Assembly (NCBI GenBank): GCA_951406725.2
Contig: OX597815.1
Coordinates: 25,172,001-25,236,000, forward strand
Source: Octopus vulgaris
Taxonomy: Eukaryota
Length of the DNA: 64,000 nucleotides
Direction of reading: 5' to 3'
A model generated the notes under the pieces. It did no database searches. It saw only the letters and a list, made by a program, of their open reading frames with translations, and was not told the DNA's origin. How positions within the stretch are numbered: position 1 is the stretch's first letter; every line of letters starts with the position of its first letter. Below, one piece after another: positions 1 through 12,510 of the stretch. A program made the position numbers and the translations under genes.

Positions 1-301
1 TAATTGATAAAATAAATTTTTATTAAAATAAAACACGCGGGTGAAGTAAATCTCGTGGTGTGAAGAATCAACACAACACAACGTGCAGTTTTCATGGTAA
101 CAAGCTGTTAATGCCTCGCTGTCTGTTGATTGGCTAAAATTACCTAAATTACCCATTATTAACATTAGATTCTTTAATTTACGAGATAAAATAATTGGTT
201 GATCGTAATCAAAATTCAAAGTTGCATCGATACACTCAAACTGAAAGCAATCTGAGCAAAATTAAAGGGAGCTGATTTTATGAATCAGTTTAACTAGATC
301 C
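1..301. mobile_element. Possible right end of another GGATC-terminal MITE
   Basis: Ends ...TTTAACTAGATCC at 301 and has the same GATTGG.TAAAAT subterminal motif as the local Merlin arms. The other end would lie outside the window. Confidence 0.35.
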
Positions 302-1177
302 GCTTTCTCCATGCTGGTCGTTTTTTTGCTAGAGTTTGCCATTTATTATGATCAATTCCTTTTTGCAGAATCTTTGAATCCCAGTCTAGGTCTTACATGG
401 TTTCTTTTCCCCTTGCATAGTTGGGAATAAAAGCGGGGGGAAGAAAGAGAGAAATGGGTGTTCATATTTTTTATGTAAGATTATCAAAGGAAAAGACGCC
501 GATGATTTTTGCAGGTTCTTCGATACTGGTTAGATTGATTCGACAAGCGTTCAGAATTTGTAAGTTAGTGTTTTCAAGAAAAAAATGACCACGTAGTGAA
601 TTCATGAGAGTTGGAGTTCTGGGATGGAGGAATTGTTGAAGTGTTTGGTACAAGAAATGAAAAATGAGATGGATGACAGGAAGAGAAAAATAGAGAGGAG
701 GAGGAGGAGGGATGCAGCCAGATAGTTTTGGGGAGCAGATGTTTTTTTGAAGGAGAATTAAAGAACTACAAATGTCACAAAACTTTTGAAATGCAACTTC
801 CAGGATGTATTTTCGATTTTAATAATTGCGTACATGTGGTGAGGCAGAGAAAAGGAATAGAGTGAGCTTGTATGGTATTGTAGGGAGTGAAGCGGACAGT
901 GAATGTGAGGGCATTTAAATTAACTATAAAACGAAAAGGCAGTTAAAGAATTCTGCAAAAATTACACTTGGTAAATCCTTTTAGCAAAGGAACACAAGAT
1001 TCTGCTGTAATTTAGGAGTCTGAATGATGTGCGATTCACAAAACTTCCTTGCCAACTTATCAATTGGCTTTGGTGGTATTGATGCTTTCAATTCCTCTAG
1101 TGCTTTCTATGTATTCTGCTGCAGTACATCTTCAAATTAAGAATTTAGGGGTTTTGTGTCTATGAACTTCAGAGTGT

Positions 1178-1361
1178 GAGGAGTGGCTGTGTGGTAAGTA
1201 GCTTGCTTACGAACCACATGGTTCCGGGTTCAGTCCCATTACGTGGCATCTTGGGCAAGTGTCTTCCACTATAGCCTCGGGCCGACCAAAGCCTTGTGAG
1301 TGGATTTGGTAGACGGAAACTGAAAGAAGCCCGTCGTATAGACGGAAACTGAAAGAAGCCC

Positions 1362-1401
<40 letters not shown>

Positions 1402-1570
1402 TTGTGTGTCTGTGTTTGTCCCCCCCAACATCGCTTGACAACCGATGGTGGTGTGTTTAAGTCCCCGTAGCTTAGCGGTTCGGCAAAAGAGACCTATAGA
1501 ATAAGTACTAGGCTTACAAAGTGTAGGACCTTGGGTCGATTTGGTCGGCTAAATGAGATGCTTCAGCATA
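1178..1570 (+). mobile_element. tRNA-derived SINE family A (CORE-like body, internal microsatellite)
   Basis: A/B-box head TGGCTGTGTGGTAAG...GGTTCAGTCCC and CTTGGGCAAGT core. Other copies at 3141-3561, 7208-7345(-), 7449-7838, 8063-8224(-), 8293-8687, 9883-10235, 11526-11945, 19500-19725, 27267-27687, 53879-54210(-), with degenerate copies at ~40760, ~54780, ~60440, ~62165. Confidence 0.85.
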
Positions 1571-2091
1571 TAGTCGTCTCAGATGGATAGGAAGAAAATA
1601 TATTTAATGCCTGGGTTAGACAGCATAAAACTAGCCGAGATCTAACTATTTAGCTAACATAATATTTGCTAAACGTCCGAGGATGAGATATTTACGATTT
1701 TATTGAATCAGTATCTGATCCAATGGCTATAGAAACGATACTGCATTGGCAAATGTTGAGTTTGAAGTTATTAAATGTGGTGGTAATTTTATCTAGGATA
1801 CGAGTAAAAAAGGATACTAGACGGCAAGCGAATCGGACTCTCCTCTAGCAGTGTCAATGTAGGAAGAATACAAAAGCCAGGAAGGTGTATGTAAATTGAG
1901 TCTCTAAGTATACTTACATATATACAAACATACACAATTTACGCGCACGTTAGCACGTATGTGTGTGCATGCGTGTTTGTGTGTGTGCATGCGTGCGTGT
2001 ATATGTGTGTGTGTAGTCGGGTCGATCTAACTACTTTCAGCGAATTTTTTGGCTACTAAGCAAGAGAAAAAAAGTGAGTAAACCATATATG

Positions 2092-3309
2092 TGTAGCGTT
2101 AGTGAAATACATCCTCTCTCTCTCTCTCTCTCTGAGATATACAATACAAATGCGGACGTAGCGGATGACAGCCATCTTTCGGTTGCTTAGGCCCAGTTGT
2201 GTCCGCTGCTCTGATTGGTTGGTTTTGGTGCAATTTTATCTCTTGCTTTATTTCGCGCCTATGTGTAAACCAACCAATTGCAATCTTCAGATAAGGTCCC
2301 ATGACACTGTTTTTCTAATGCCTTGCTTGAGCCACCTAAATCCTTTAAAGGCTAGTCACGACAGACCATTTCGTCTTTGGTCCTAGACCATTGACCACAG
2401 AACATCCAGCGACAGACCAGCCAGTTCGAGCGACTCAGCCATGTTCCTGCGTCAGACAGCGATGACACCAACACCACCGCAGTATCTCGGGAACTTTTTC
2501 CACCGTCGCCATCACCACCGTGGACTTCAACAATATGTACACATCAATTTCGTCCAGGTTTAACTTCACGCTGTTTGTGAATACTCACCAAGGTTAACAG
2601 CTCCAGTCTACTTGCGAGAAATTTCTGTACCAAGTAACCCGGCATAGGATAGAAGCCGCAACCGCTACACGACATGTGTTCAACCGGATCTCCACTTTGT
2701 AGCCTCAACCTCTCTGTTACAGAACCTTTGCTATGGTGTGTCTTACAACGAACTGGTATTTATCAACATCTTGTCTGAACATTCATCTAGCATCCTGGGA
2801 GACTCATTTCTATTGTTCTTTATTATTATGTACACACTTATAACGCACTCACGAACACACAGACACACACTTATGTCGCAGTCACGAATACACCTTGTTT
2901 GTACTTATTTATAATGCACACACGTACACACACACACACACACTTGTCGCACACACGAACATACGCTCTGCTACCCACAGGTTAACATCTGAATAAAACC
3001 TTTTCTCTCTTATACATATCGGTTGTGCCGTTTTTCTTATTCTTTACCGGCACTCTTATTCATGTATCCATTATTTTGGCTTCTTTTGTAAGGCGACCGT
3101 GCGGCGTTCAAAAGGAGACATTTTGTCACCATCTCCTTTACGTAGGAGTGGCTGTGTGGTAAGTAGCTTGCTAACCAGCCACATGGTTCCGGGTTCAGTC
3201 CCACTGCGTGGCATCTTGGGCAAGTGTCTTCTGCTATAGCCCCGGGCCGACCAATGCCTTGTGAGTGGATTTGGTAGGCGGAAACTGAAAGAAGCCTGTC
3301 GTATATATG

Positions 3310-3340
<31 letters not shown>

Positions 3341-3575
3341 TTGTATGTGTCTGTGTTTGTCCTCCTAGCATTGCCTGACAACCGATGCTGGTGTGTTTAC
3401 GTCCCCGTTACCTTAGCGGTTCGGCAAAAGAGACCGATAGAATAAGTACTGGGCTTACAAAGAATAAGTCCCGGGATCGATTTGCTCGACTAAAGGCGGT
3501 GCTCCAGCATGGCCGCAGTCAAATGACTGAAACAAGTAAAAGAGTAAAAGAGTAAAAGAGTACGGACACTCTACA
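2092..3575 (+). mobile_element. Putative solo LTR (TG...CA, 4-bp TSD TATG) containing a SINE insertion
   Basis: Starts TGTAG and ends CTACA. TATG at 2088-2091 and 3576-3579, AATAAA at 2992, about 1.06 kb once the SINE is removed. Confidence 0.55.
3141..3561 (+). mobile_element. SINE family A, full length, (GTAAAAGA)n tail
   Basis: Complete head, body and tail, inserted in the putative LTR. Confidence 0.85.
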
Positions 3576-3812
3576 TATGTATATGGTATGTTGGTCTAAT
3601 TGTTCATGTTTTTAGCATGAGCTACGTAGTATGAGCTATTGTATGCACACACAAAAGGAATAAATAAAAGCAAATTGATTTTCCGTCGGTTTCGACGGTG
3701 AGAATTTCACTTAATCAATGAACCAAACAAACAATTTATTCGTTACATTAACGTTTATACGGCTGAGTATGCCATAGACGCATGTATTATTAATGTCATC
3801 GTCCGCATACCG

Positions 3813-3903
<91 letters not shown>

Positions 3904-4211
3904 CTATTATTAAGCCGAATTTCAGAATTTCGTGTAACAGGTGTAACAGGTATGAGGATAACCTAAATTTATGAGACGTGTTGCCTGTACAACCTTGATC
4001 AAATATTTTCAGCGTACCCCATGGTCTGATCGACGGATAGTTGGATGGCTGGATGGACGAACAGACGGAGGCACGGACGGATGGATGGGTGGATGGATAG
4101 ATGGACGGAAGAACGGTCGGACTGATGGATGGATGGATAGACCGTCAAACAGATAGACAGGCAGGCAGAGAAATAGACAAGTCGACAGACAAACTGACAG
4201 ACAGACAGAAT

Positions 4212-4275
<64 letters not shown>

Positions 4276-4934
4276 TCGCAAACATTGTTTTATACAGATA
4301 GATACAAACTTAACTACATACATTTGTAATGAAAGAGTCTCGGAATCCCTTAATGAATAGTTAAGGCCTAGAATGAGAATGTGTTAATAGAGTTATGTTT
4401 GTGCTGTTCTCTTTGAGCTTAAATTCTTTAACTTCACATCTCTTTATTACTTGGTGACGGACTGTTATACGAAACGTTGAAAAGTGTGAGAAAGTGAGAG
4501 AAAAAGACAATGTGTGTGAATAAAGAAAATAAGAAGAGTGGGTAGGTAGAACATAAAACATAAAACAAGTGTGAATAGATTTTTAACTTTCTGACACTCT
4601 TTTCATTTCAAATGATCACCAAATATTTATAGAGATAAATATATTAGTCTATATTTGCATTTGTAATAATATTTCATCTTCAAAACATTGAAACAAAAGC
4701 ATTTCAAATTTTCAGAAAGTGATAGAGTAATATACTAATTCATTCCATATTTTCCTATTTTATTTGAGTACAATAAAGTCCTTTGTCGTTAGTATTGTAC
4801 AACTTCGTTGAAACTACTGGCGTTTCGTTATCACAATTTTCATCTATATTCATTTAATGGAAATTCTATTTGGTATTTATTGACAATTCCAAAATATTTT
4901 ATTACAAAAAGTATTTGGTATTTGGTTTAATACC

Positions 4935-5444
4935 TTCAGTCTACTGGGAAAGACTGAAGGTATTAAACCTCTTCTCCCTAGAGCGGAGGCGGGAGAGATA
5001 TGAGGTGATATACATCTGGAAAATCCTGGAGGGTCTTGTCCCAAACTTTGGCATTCAAAGTTACCCCAACCGCAGAACGGGGCGCCACTGCATGGTGCCA
5101 AGGATTCCAACATCACCATCAAAATACAGGTCCAGATACTGCAACAGCTTGGGTTTCAGAGGACCACAGCTCTTCAACATCCTCCCTAAATGCCTGAGAG
5201 ACTTACATGGTGTGGATGTGGGTTTCTTTAAAACTAAACTGGATCTCTTCTTGTCGGGAGTCCCAGATGAACCTACCTCACGACAGGAGACGCGGATGCG
5301 GGCAGCAGCATCGAACTCCCTTGTTGATCAAGTGCCACGTATCAGAGGTGGATTCACAAATTAGTGTAGCTCATTCAACGGTGGTGCCCCAGCATGGCCG
5401 CGGCCTTCGGGCTAAAACATTTTTAAGGATTTAAGGATTTAAGG
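4935..5444 (+). mobile_element. 3' end of a CR1-group LINE (ORF2 C-terminus, 3' UTR hairpin, (TTTAAGGA)n tail)
   Basis: YWERLK.LNLFSLERRRERY, FNILP, FK.KLD motifs, stop at 5364, 8-mer tandem tail. Confidence 0.85.
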
Positions 5445-6031
5445 TAGGATCCCACTTATTAATGTAGTCTAGAAGTTGTCAAATTCATGACACCCGCTCT
5501 TCCTAAATAACTCTCGCTTCATACGTTTGCCTAAATCGCTTGAAATTAAGTGTTAATATTTTGACAGGCTTAAGTGATTCATAATAAGCTCCATAAAGAT
5601 CAGTGTAATTTTATTTTTACAACACCCATTCTGAGTTGTTTTTTCTTTATTTTGTTGCTTCGTTTAGTACACAAAATATTCTATTTGTGTTATATAAACG
5701 ATATAAAGTATCCGTAGAAAACATTCATAAAAAGGATGGGGCTTTAAAAAAAAGTGTGAGAGATAATAATAGTGAAAAATGTCATATGCTCTGCTACCAA
5801 CACACACACGCACGTACACATGCACGCACACACACACATATATATGTGAGAGAGAGAAGTATACATGTGCATATGTGCGTACGCACGCGCATCTTTTGGA
5901 TCGCCAATACTTTATTATCTCTCCTTCTTCCTAGCTCTCCTGTCTAACTACCTCTGTCCAGCCAGCCGGCATGACTGACCGTTAGCTCCAAAAGATTTTT
6001 TTATTCTCGCTTTGCTTATTTCCTCGTGTTC

Positions 6032-6067
6032 CTTTCTGTTGAAGAGCGTAGGCTCGAAACGTAAAAG
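6032..6067 (+). ncRNA. Minimal hammerhead-like motif (core CUGUUGA) in putative PLE terminal repeat
   Basis: CUUU-CUGUUGA-A-GAGC/GUAG/GCUC-GAAA-CG-UA-AAAG with palindromic ACGU stem III. Confidence 0.45.
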
Positions 6068-6731
6068 ATTTTCTCACCTTCTCGAGCGTTAAACTAATAC
6101 ATCTGTTTGTTGTTTATACACCTGTATTCGTCTTTTGTTTTTCTGTAAATTTCAACTTTGTTTATATATATATTTATGAACGTATGTATACACATACATC
6201 GAAGTATTAGCATGGTATTAATGTTATATAGATGTAATAATGTATAAACTTTCTTATTTATTAAAATTACGTCTGTTTCTAGAGAAGATAAAATAATCGT
6301 CTGGTGGTAATTGGGATCAACTTCACATCAGTCAAATACCACAAAATTGACATGTCATTAAGGAAAAGACAATCTGATTGTTTGGAGACAAGAGAGCAGT
6401 TGTAGACACGTGTTTCTGCTACAACAGGCATTACTAGCATAGAAATAGCCCAACTTCGCCTCCAGCAAGCGGAAACGCACTTATGATCATTTGTATAACT
6501 TGAACGAAATTTAACTTATTGAAATAACTAGGAGTGGCCAGTGGCATGCATTTGAACAAAAAGAAATTGTATATAAAAATACCAAGCAACATAAATTCTC
6601 TGTTAACTTGACCTGTTTTCCATTTTCTCTCGTTGTTTACGTATTTCACTCCTTTTCTCCAGTTTGTTTACGTATTCCTTGTTATTTTCACCATTGATGA
6701 TGTCCTGTACCCATATATGCATGCATGTGAA

Positions 6732-7063
6732 GGCGCGTGGCTCAGTGGTTAGAGCGTCGGGCTTACGATCGTGAGGTTGTGAGCTCGAATCCCAGACCGG
6801 GCTGCGTGTTGTGTTCTTGAGCAAGACACTTTATTTCACGTTGCTCCAGTTCACTCAGCTGTAGAAATGAGTTGCGACGTCACAGGTGCCAAGCTGTATC
6901 GGCCCTGGCCTTTCCCTTGGACAACATCGGTGACGTGGAGAGGGGAGGCCGGTATGCATGGGCGACTGCTGGTCTTCCATAAAACAACCTTGCCCAGACT
7001 TGTACCTCAGAGGGTAACTCTCTAGGTGCAAACCCATGATCAGTGTCTGACCGAAGGGGGTCA

Positions 7064-7065
<2 letters not shown>
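6732..7065 (+). mobile_element. tRNA-derived SINE family C
   Basis: GGCGCGTGGCTCAGTGGTTAGAGCG...GAGCTCGAATCCC head followed by TTGAGCAAGACACTT core-like body. Confidence 0.75.
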
Positions 7066-7104
<39 letters not shown>

Positions 7105-7404
7105 CAAATAAGCATCAAGGATATCCAGATATGCGACTCCATTTAATTGAACAATGGATATCCTGGTTGCTTATTTTGATTATAATCACCCCATTTTTAA
7201 TTATATGGAGCACCGCCTTTAGTCGAGCAAATCGACCCCAGGACTACCGGTCTTTTTTGACGAACCGCTAAGTTACGGGGACGTAAACACACCACCATCC
7301 GTTGTCAAGCAATGGTGGGAGGGACAAACACAGACACACAAACATACACACACACACACGCACATACACACACACACACGCACACACACACACACACATA
7401 CACA

Positions 7405-7448
<44 letters not shown>

Positions 7449-7449
<1 letters not shown>

Positions 7450-7838
7450 GGCTGTGTGGTAAGTAGCTTGTTTACCAACCACATGGTTCCGGGTTCAGTT
7501 CCACTGCGTGGCACCTTGGGCAAGTGTCTTCTACTATAGCCTCGGGCCGATCAAAGACTTGTGAGTGGATTTGGTCGACAGAAACTGAAAAGAAGCCCGT
7601 TGTATATATGTATATATATGCGTGTGTGTGTTTGTGTGTCTGTGATTGTCCCCCTAGCATTGCTTGACAACCCATGCTGGTGTGCTTATGTCCCCGTTAC
7701 TTAGCGGTTTGGCAAAAAAGACCGATAGAATAAGTACTGGGCTTACAAAAGAATAAGTCCCGGGGTCGAGTTGCTCGATTAAAGGCGGTGCTCCAGCATG
7801 GCCGCAGTCAAATGACTGAAACAAGTAAAAGAGTAAAA
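7449..7838 (+). mobile_element. SINE family A
   Basis: Same sequence as the 3141 copy. Confidence 0.85.
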
Positions 7839-7948
7839 GAATATATATATATATATATATTTAATCCAAACAAGAAAGCACAAAAAATACAGCAACGCGA
7901 GGACGTGGAACAAATATAGTATTATTGGACGCTCAGGAAAGAAGGAGG

Positions 7949-7983
7949 GTTTAACGTTTCGAGCGGAGCTCTTCGTCGGAAAC
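7949..7983 (-). ncRNA. Minimal hammerhead-like motif (core CCGACGA)
   Basis: GUUU-CCGACGA-A-GAGC/UCC/GCUC-GAAA-CG-UU-AAAC. Stem I covaries with the 6032 copy. Confidence 0.45.
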
Positions 7984-8237
7984 ATAGGAGAAGGAAAGAT
8001 CCAGAGAAGGGAAGACAGAGGAAAAAAATCGCCAACGGTACACACGAGGTCACATATATACAACCTGCTTCTTCCAGTTTCCGTCTACCAAATCCACTCA
8101 CAAGGCTTTGGTCAGCCCGAGGCTATAGTAGAAGACACTTGCTCAAGGGACCATGCAGTGGGACTGAACCCGGAACTGTGTAGTTGGTAAGCAAGCTACT
8201 TACCACACAGCTTCACCTGCGCCTATATACATATATA

Positions 8238-8292
<55 letters not shown>

Positions 8293-8295
<3 letters not shown>

Positions 8296-8685
8296 GTAAG
8301 TAGCATGCCTACCAACCACATGGTTCCGGGTTGGTTCAGTCCCACTGCGTGGCACCTTGGGCAAGTATATTCTACTATAGCCTCGGGCCGATCAAAGCCT
8401 CGTGAGTGGATTTGGTAGACGGAAACTGAAAGAAGCCCGTCGTATATATGTATATATATGTGCGTGTATGTTTGTGTGTCTGTGTTTGTCCCCCTAGCAT
8501 GGCTTGACAACCGATGCTGGTGTGTTTACATCCCCGTCACTTAGCGGTTCGGCAAAAGAGACCGATAGAATAAGTACTGGACTTACAAAGAATAAGTCCC
8601 GGGGTCGATTTGCTCGACTAAAGGCGGTGCTCCAGCATGGCCGCAGTCAAATGACTGAAACAAGTAAAAGAGTAAAGAGTAAAGA

Positions 8686-8687
<2 letters not shown>
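8293..8687 (+). mobile_element. SINE family A
   Basis: Same sequence as the 3141 copy, head-to-head with an inverted half copy at 8063-8224. Confidence 0.85.
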
Positions 8688-8748
<61 letters not shown>

Positions 8749-8879
8749 AAAAATATGGTAAAGTAAAAAAAAAAAAATTCACTTTACCACATATATATAT
8801 ATATAAATGTGTGTATATTTTTCAATGTATACGATGTATACACACGCACACACATATATACATACATACATACATACAT

Positions 8880-8910
<31 letters not shown>

Positions 8911-9458
8911 GTCAGCATGGCTGCACTCTAATGACTGGAAAAAGCAAAAGGTAAAAAGATGGAAGAACTGCACGCAACGATCGATCAACCAGCTCATATC
9001 CAAATAAGCGTGTATTAAGCACGGTAGGTTTGTTATATCATCCGTTCTCATAGACCAGTTTCGTAAACAGCGTAGGTGTGTCATCTGTCAATGACTGTTT
9101 GGACTTGATAGCGACCTAACTACTCGAAATTCTGCTTTCATATAGCGAGGATTTCTCCTTTTACAGTCAGTAGCAATACTTATCTCCTACATTTATTATA
9201 TTTTCTATCGCATCTAATATAACAAAAATCTGTCAACATGCCCAAGTGTCCAAAATGCCAAAAGGAAGTCTACTTTGGTAAGATACTTTTATTTTGCATT
9301 TAAATGATATTTTATTTGTCTCGAAAAGAAATTCACTGACTGTGTTTATAGTTATAACAGTGGTTGACGTGCGTGTGTGTGTAAGTGTGCACGCTTGAAT
9401 GTATTGTCTGTGCGTGTGTGTAAACACATACACATACACACGCACACACATATATACA

Positions 9459-9494
<36 letters not shown>

Positions 9495-9561
9495 TATATA
9501 TATTTCGTTTTTGGATTTGGTTTGCAAGATTCCCCAGACACAATAGTGTATATATATATAT

Positions 9562-9797
<236 letters not shown>

Positions 9798-9960
9798 TAT
9801 GTAATTATGACGGTGAGTGTGAGTGCGCTTGTGTGTATGAATATGTATATATGTGTACACTCATATACATACATGCATACACAGCCTCGGGCCGACCAAA
9901 GCCTTGTGAGTGGATTTGGTAGACGGAAACTGAAAGAAGCCCGTCGTATATGTGTATATA

Positions 9961-10047
<87 letters not shown>

Positions 10048-10308
10048 GTTTGTGTGTCTGTGTTTGTCCCCCCACCCAACATCGGTTGACAACCGATACT
10101 GGTGTGTTTACGTCCCCGTAACTTAGCGGTTCGGCAAAAGAGACCGATAGAATAAGTCCTGGGGTCGATTTGCTCAACTAAAAAGGTGGTGCTCCAGCAT
10201 GGCCGCAGTCAAATGACCGAAACAAGTAAAAGAGACATAATTATACATGCGTATATTTATATATGTATACACGCACTTATACATCTATCTGCACACACAC
10301 ATAAGTAT

Positions 10309-10349
<41 letters not shown>

Positions 10350-10357
10350 CATATATG

Positions 10358-10412
<55 letters not shown>

Positions 10413-10549
10413 TAAATATGCATAGATCACAGATTATATTCTATATATAAAGTTTGTGCATAAATTATTGACTTGGGAAATAATTAAACTAACCAGCTTT
10501 ATTTTCTTTTTCATAATGTGCGTGTGAGTGTGTCATAACATCTTCAACT

Positions 10550-10619
<70 letters not shown>

Positions 10620-10728
10620 CTTCTTCTCTCCTTTCCTGAGCGTCCAATAATACTTTATTTGTTCCACATCCTTGCATTGTTTTCTTTTTGTTTTCTTGTT
10701 TGGATTAACTTTATATATATATATATAA

Positions 10729-10801
<73 letters not shown>

Positions 10802-12380
10802 AATAGAATGTCTTGGCGCACTTTTGGAATGGCACACCCACTTAACTTGGATCTTTCTCTGTCTTGACGTGGGTTTTCAAATTTTAATTTTTTGTCACAC
10901 CCTTGTAAATGATAGGCGAGGGAAGCTTTTTTATGAAAAATTTTTTTTTCAAAAACTCAGTATCGATTTTGGTCAATATTTTTTATTGCACCACGCAATA
11001 GGAGAAGCCTCGAAGGACAAAAACAAAAAAAATTGAAAGAGAAGATTAAGCGTAATTTAAAAACAAGAGTGAAATCTTTTTAAAACTTTTTATTAATCCT
11101 GCCCCTCCGTAAATCCTATAATTTTTACTTTTTTTTATTTTTATTTCTGAAATTTAAAAATCAGTTTTAAAATATGGTCAGTCAGAATCTGCAATTTGTT
11201 TCTGTATATAATTTCAAAATTATTTTCAGGCGAAAGGATGTGTGATTTAAAGGAATTTTAGCTGTTGTTTCGAGCACATCTCACGGCCATCTGGTACCTT
11301 TCTCGTTTCTGTTTTCTAATATTTTCCCCCCATAAATACATTTTATGGAATGATGATGTGGTGATCCATAGCTAGGACTTAAGCAACAACAACAAAAAAA
11401 TTTTACTTAAACCTTTAACCCCCCCTCAAAAAAAAAATCAAGCGAGTCTGTGTGTGTGTGTATGTGTGTGTGTACGCGCGCGTTTGTGTATAAGAAAAGC
11501 CATATGTACTATCAAAATAAATTAGACGCAGGTGTGGCTGTGTGGAAAGTAGCTCGCTTGCCAACAACATGGTTTTGGGTTCAGTCCCACTGCGTGGCAT
11601 CTTAGGCAAGTGTCTTCAACTCGAGTGGATTTGGAGGACGGCGACTGAGGCCCATCGTATGTGTGTGTGTGTGTATGTGTGTGTGTGTGTGTGTGTGTGA
11701 GTGTATGTGTGTGTGTGTGTGAGTGAGTGTGTGAATATGTGTGTCTGTGCTTGTGCCCCCACCATCGCTTGACAGCTGATACTGGTGTGTTTATGTACCC
11801 CGTAACTAAGCGGTTCGGCAAAGGGAGGGTGATGGAATAAGTACCAGGCTCACAAAGAGTAAGTCCTGGGGTCGATTTGCTCGACTAAAGGCGATGCTCC
11901 AGCATGGCTGCAGTCAAATGAGTGAAACAAATAGAAGAATAAAAGAATTTTTTAAAATACCTTTATTAAATCACATGTGTACACACACACACACACACAC
12001 ACTGACAAACACACGCACACTCAGCGTGAGCTGTATACTTTTACCGAAAGTAAAAAAAGGTTACCATGAGAAAGTGAAAGAAATAGATAAACAGAAAGAG
12101 CGATAGAAAGAAAGAGAGAGAGAAGAGTCACTATCACAGATTTTGAAAATTTTACTATTAAATGAAATAATAAATCTCTGAACGAGGTATAAACAGTAAC
12201 TGCACGACAATGTGAGGTATACTTGCCATCTCAATATGGCTAACCACTAAGGGTGGGTGTTACTGTAGCTTTTAGCCCCAGGAGAACAATTCCTCCAGCT
12301 GGCTTTAGGCACACTTTCTGTGACCTTTCGGTATCTCCCTTTGCAAATACCTGGGTTCTCATTCCGAAGGTATTTTTCGA

Positions 12381-12509
<129 letters not shown>

Positions 12510-12510
<1 letters not shown>

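Noticed and set aside
302-1170. Possible decayed retroelement coding sequence on the minus strand
   Set aside because: Only a short RTE-like terminus (KWQTLAKKRPAWRK near 302-345) is suggestive, which is too little to classify.
6732-6800. tRNA genes (also 15207-15273, 20320-20393, 43340-43404)
   Set aside because: A and B boxes are present but the acceptor stems do not close. Three continue into SINE bodies and the 15207 copy is an isolated head fragment.
10849-11210. GGATCTTT-starting segment as another Merlin MITE
   Set aside because: No matching opposite terminus or TSD found.
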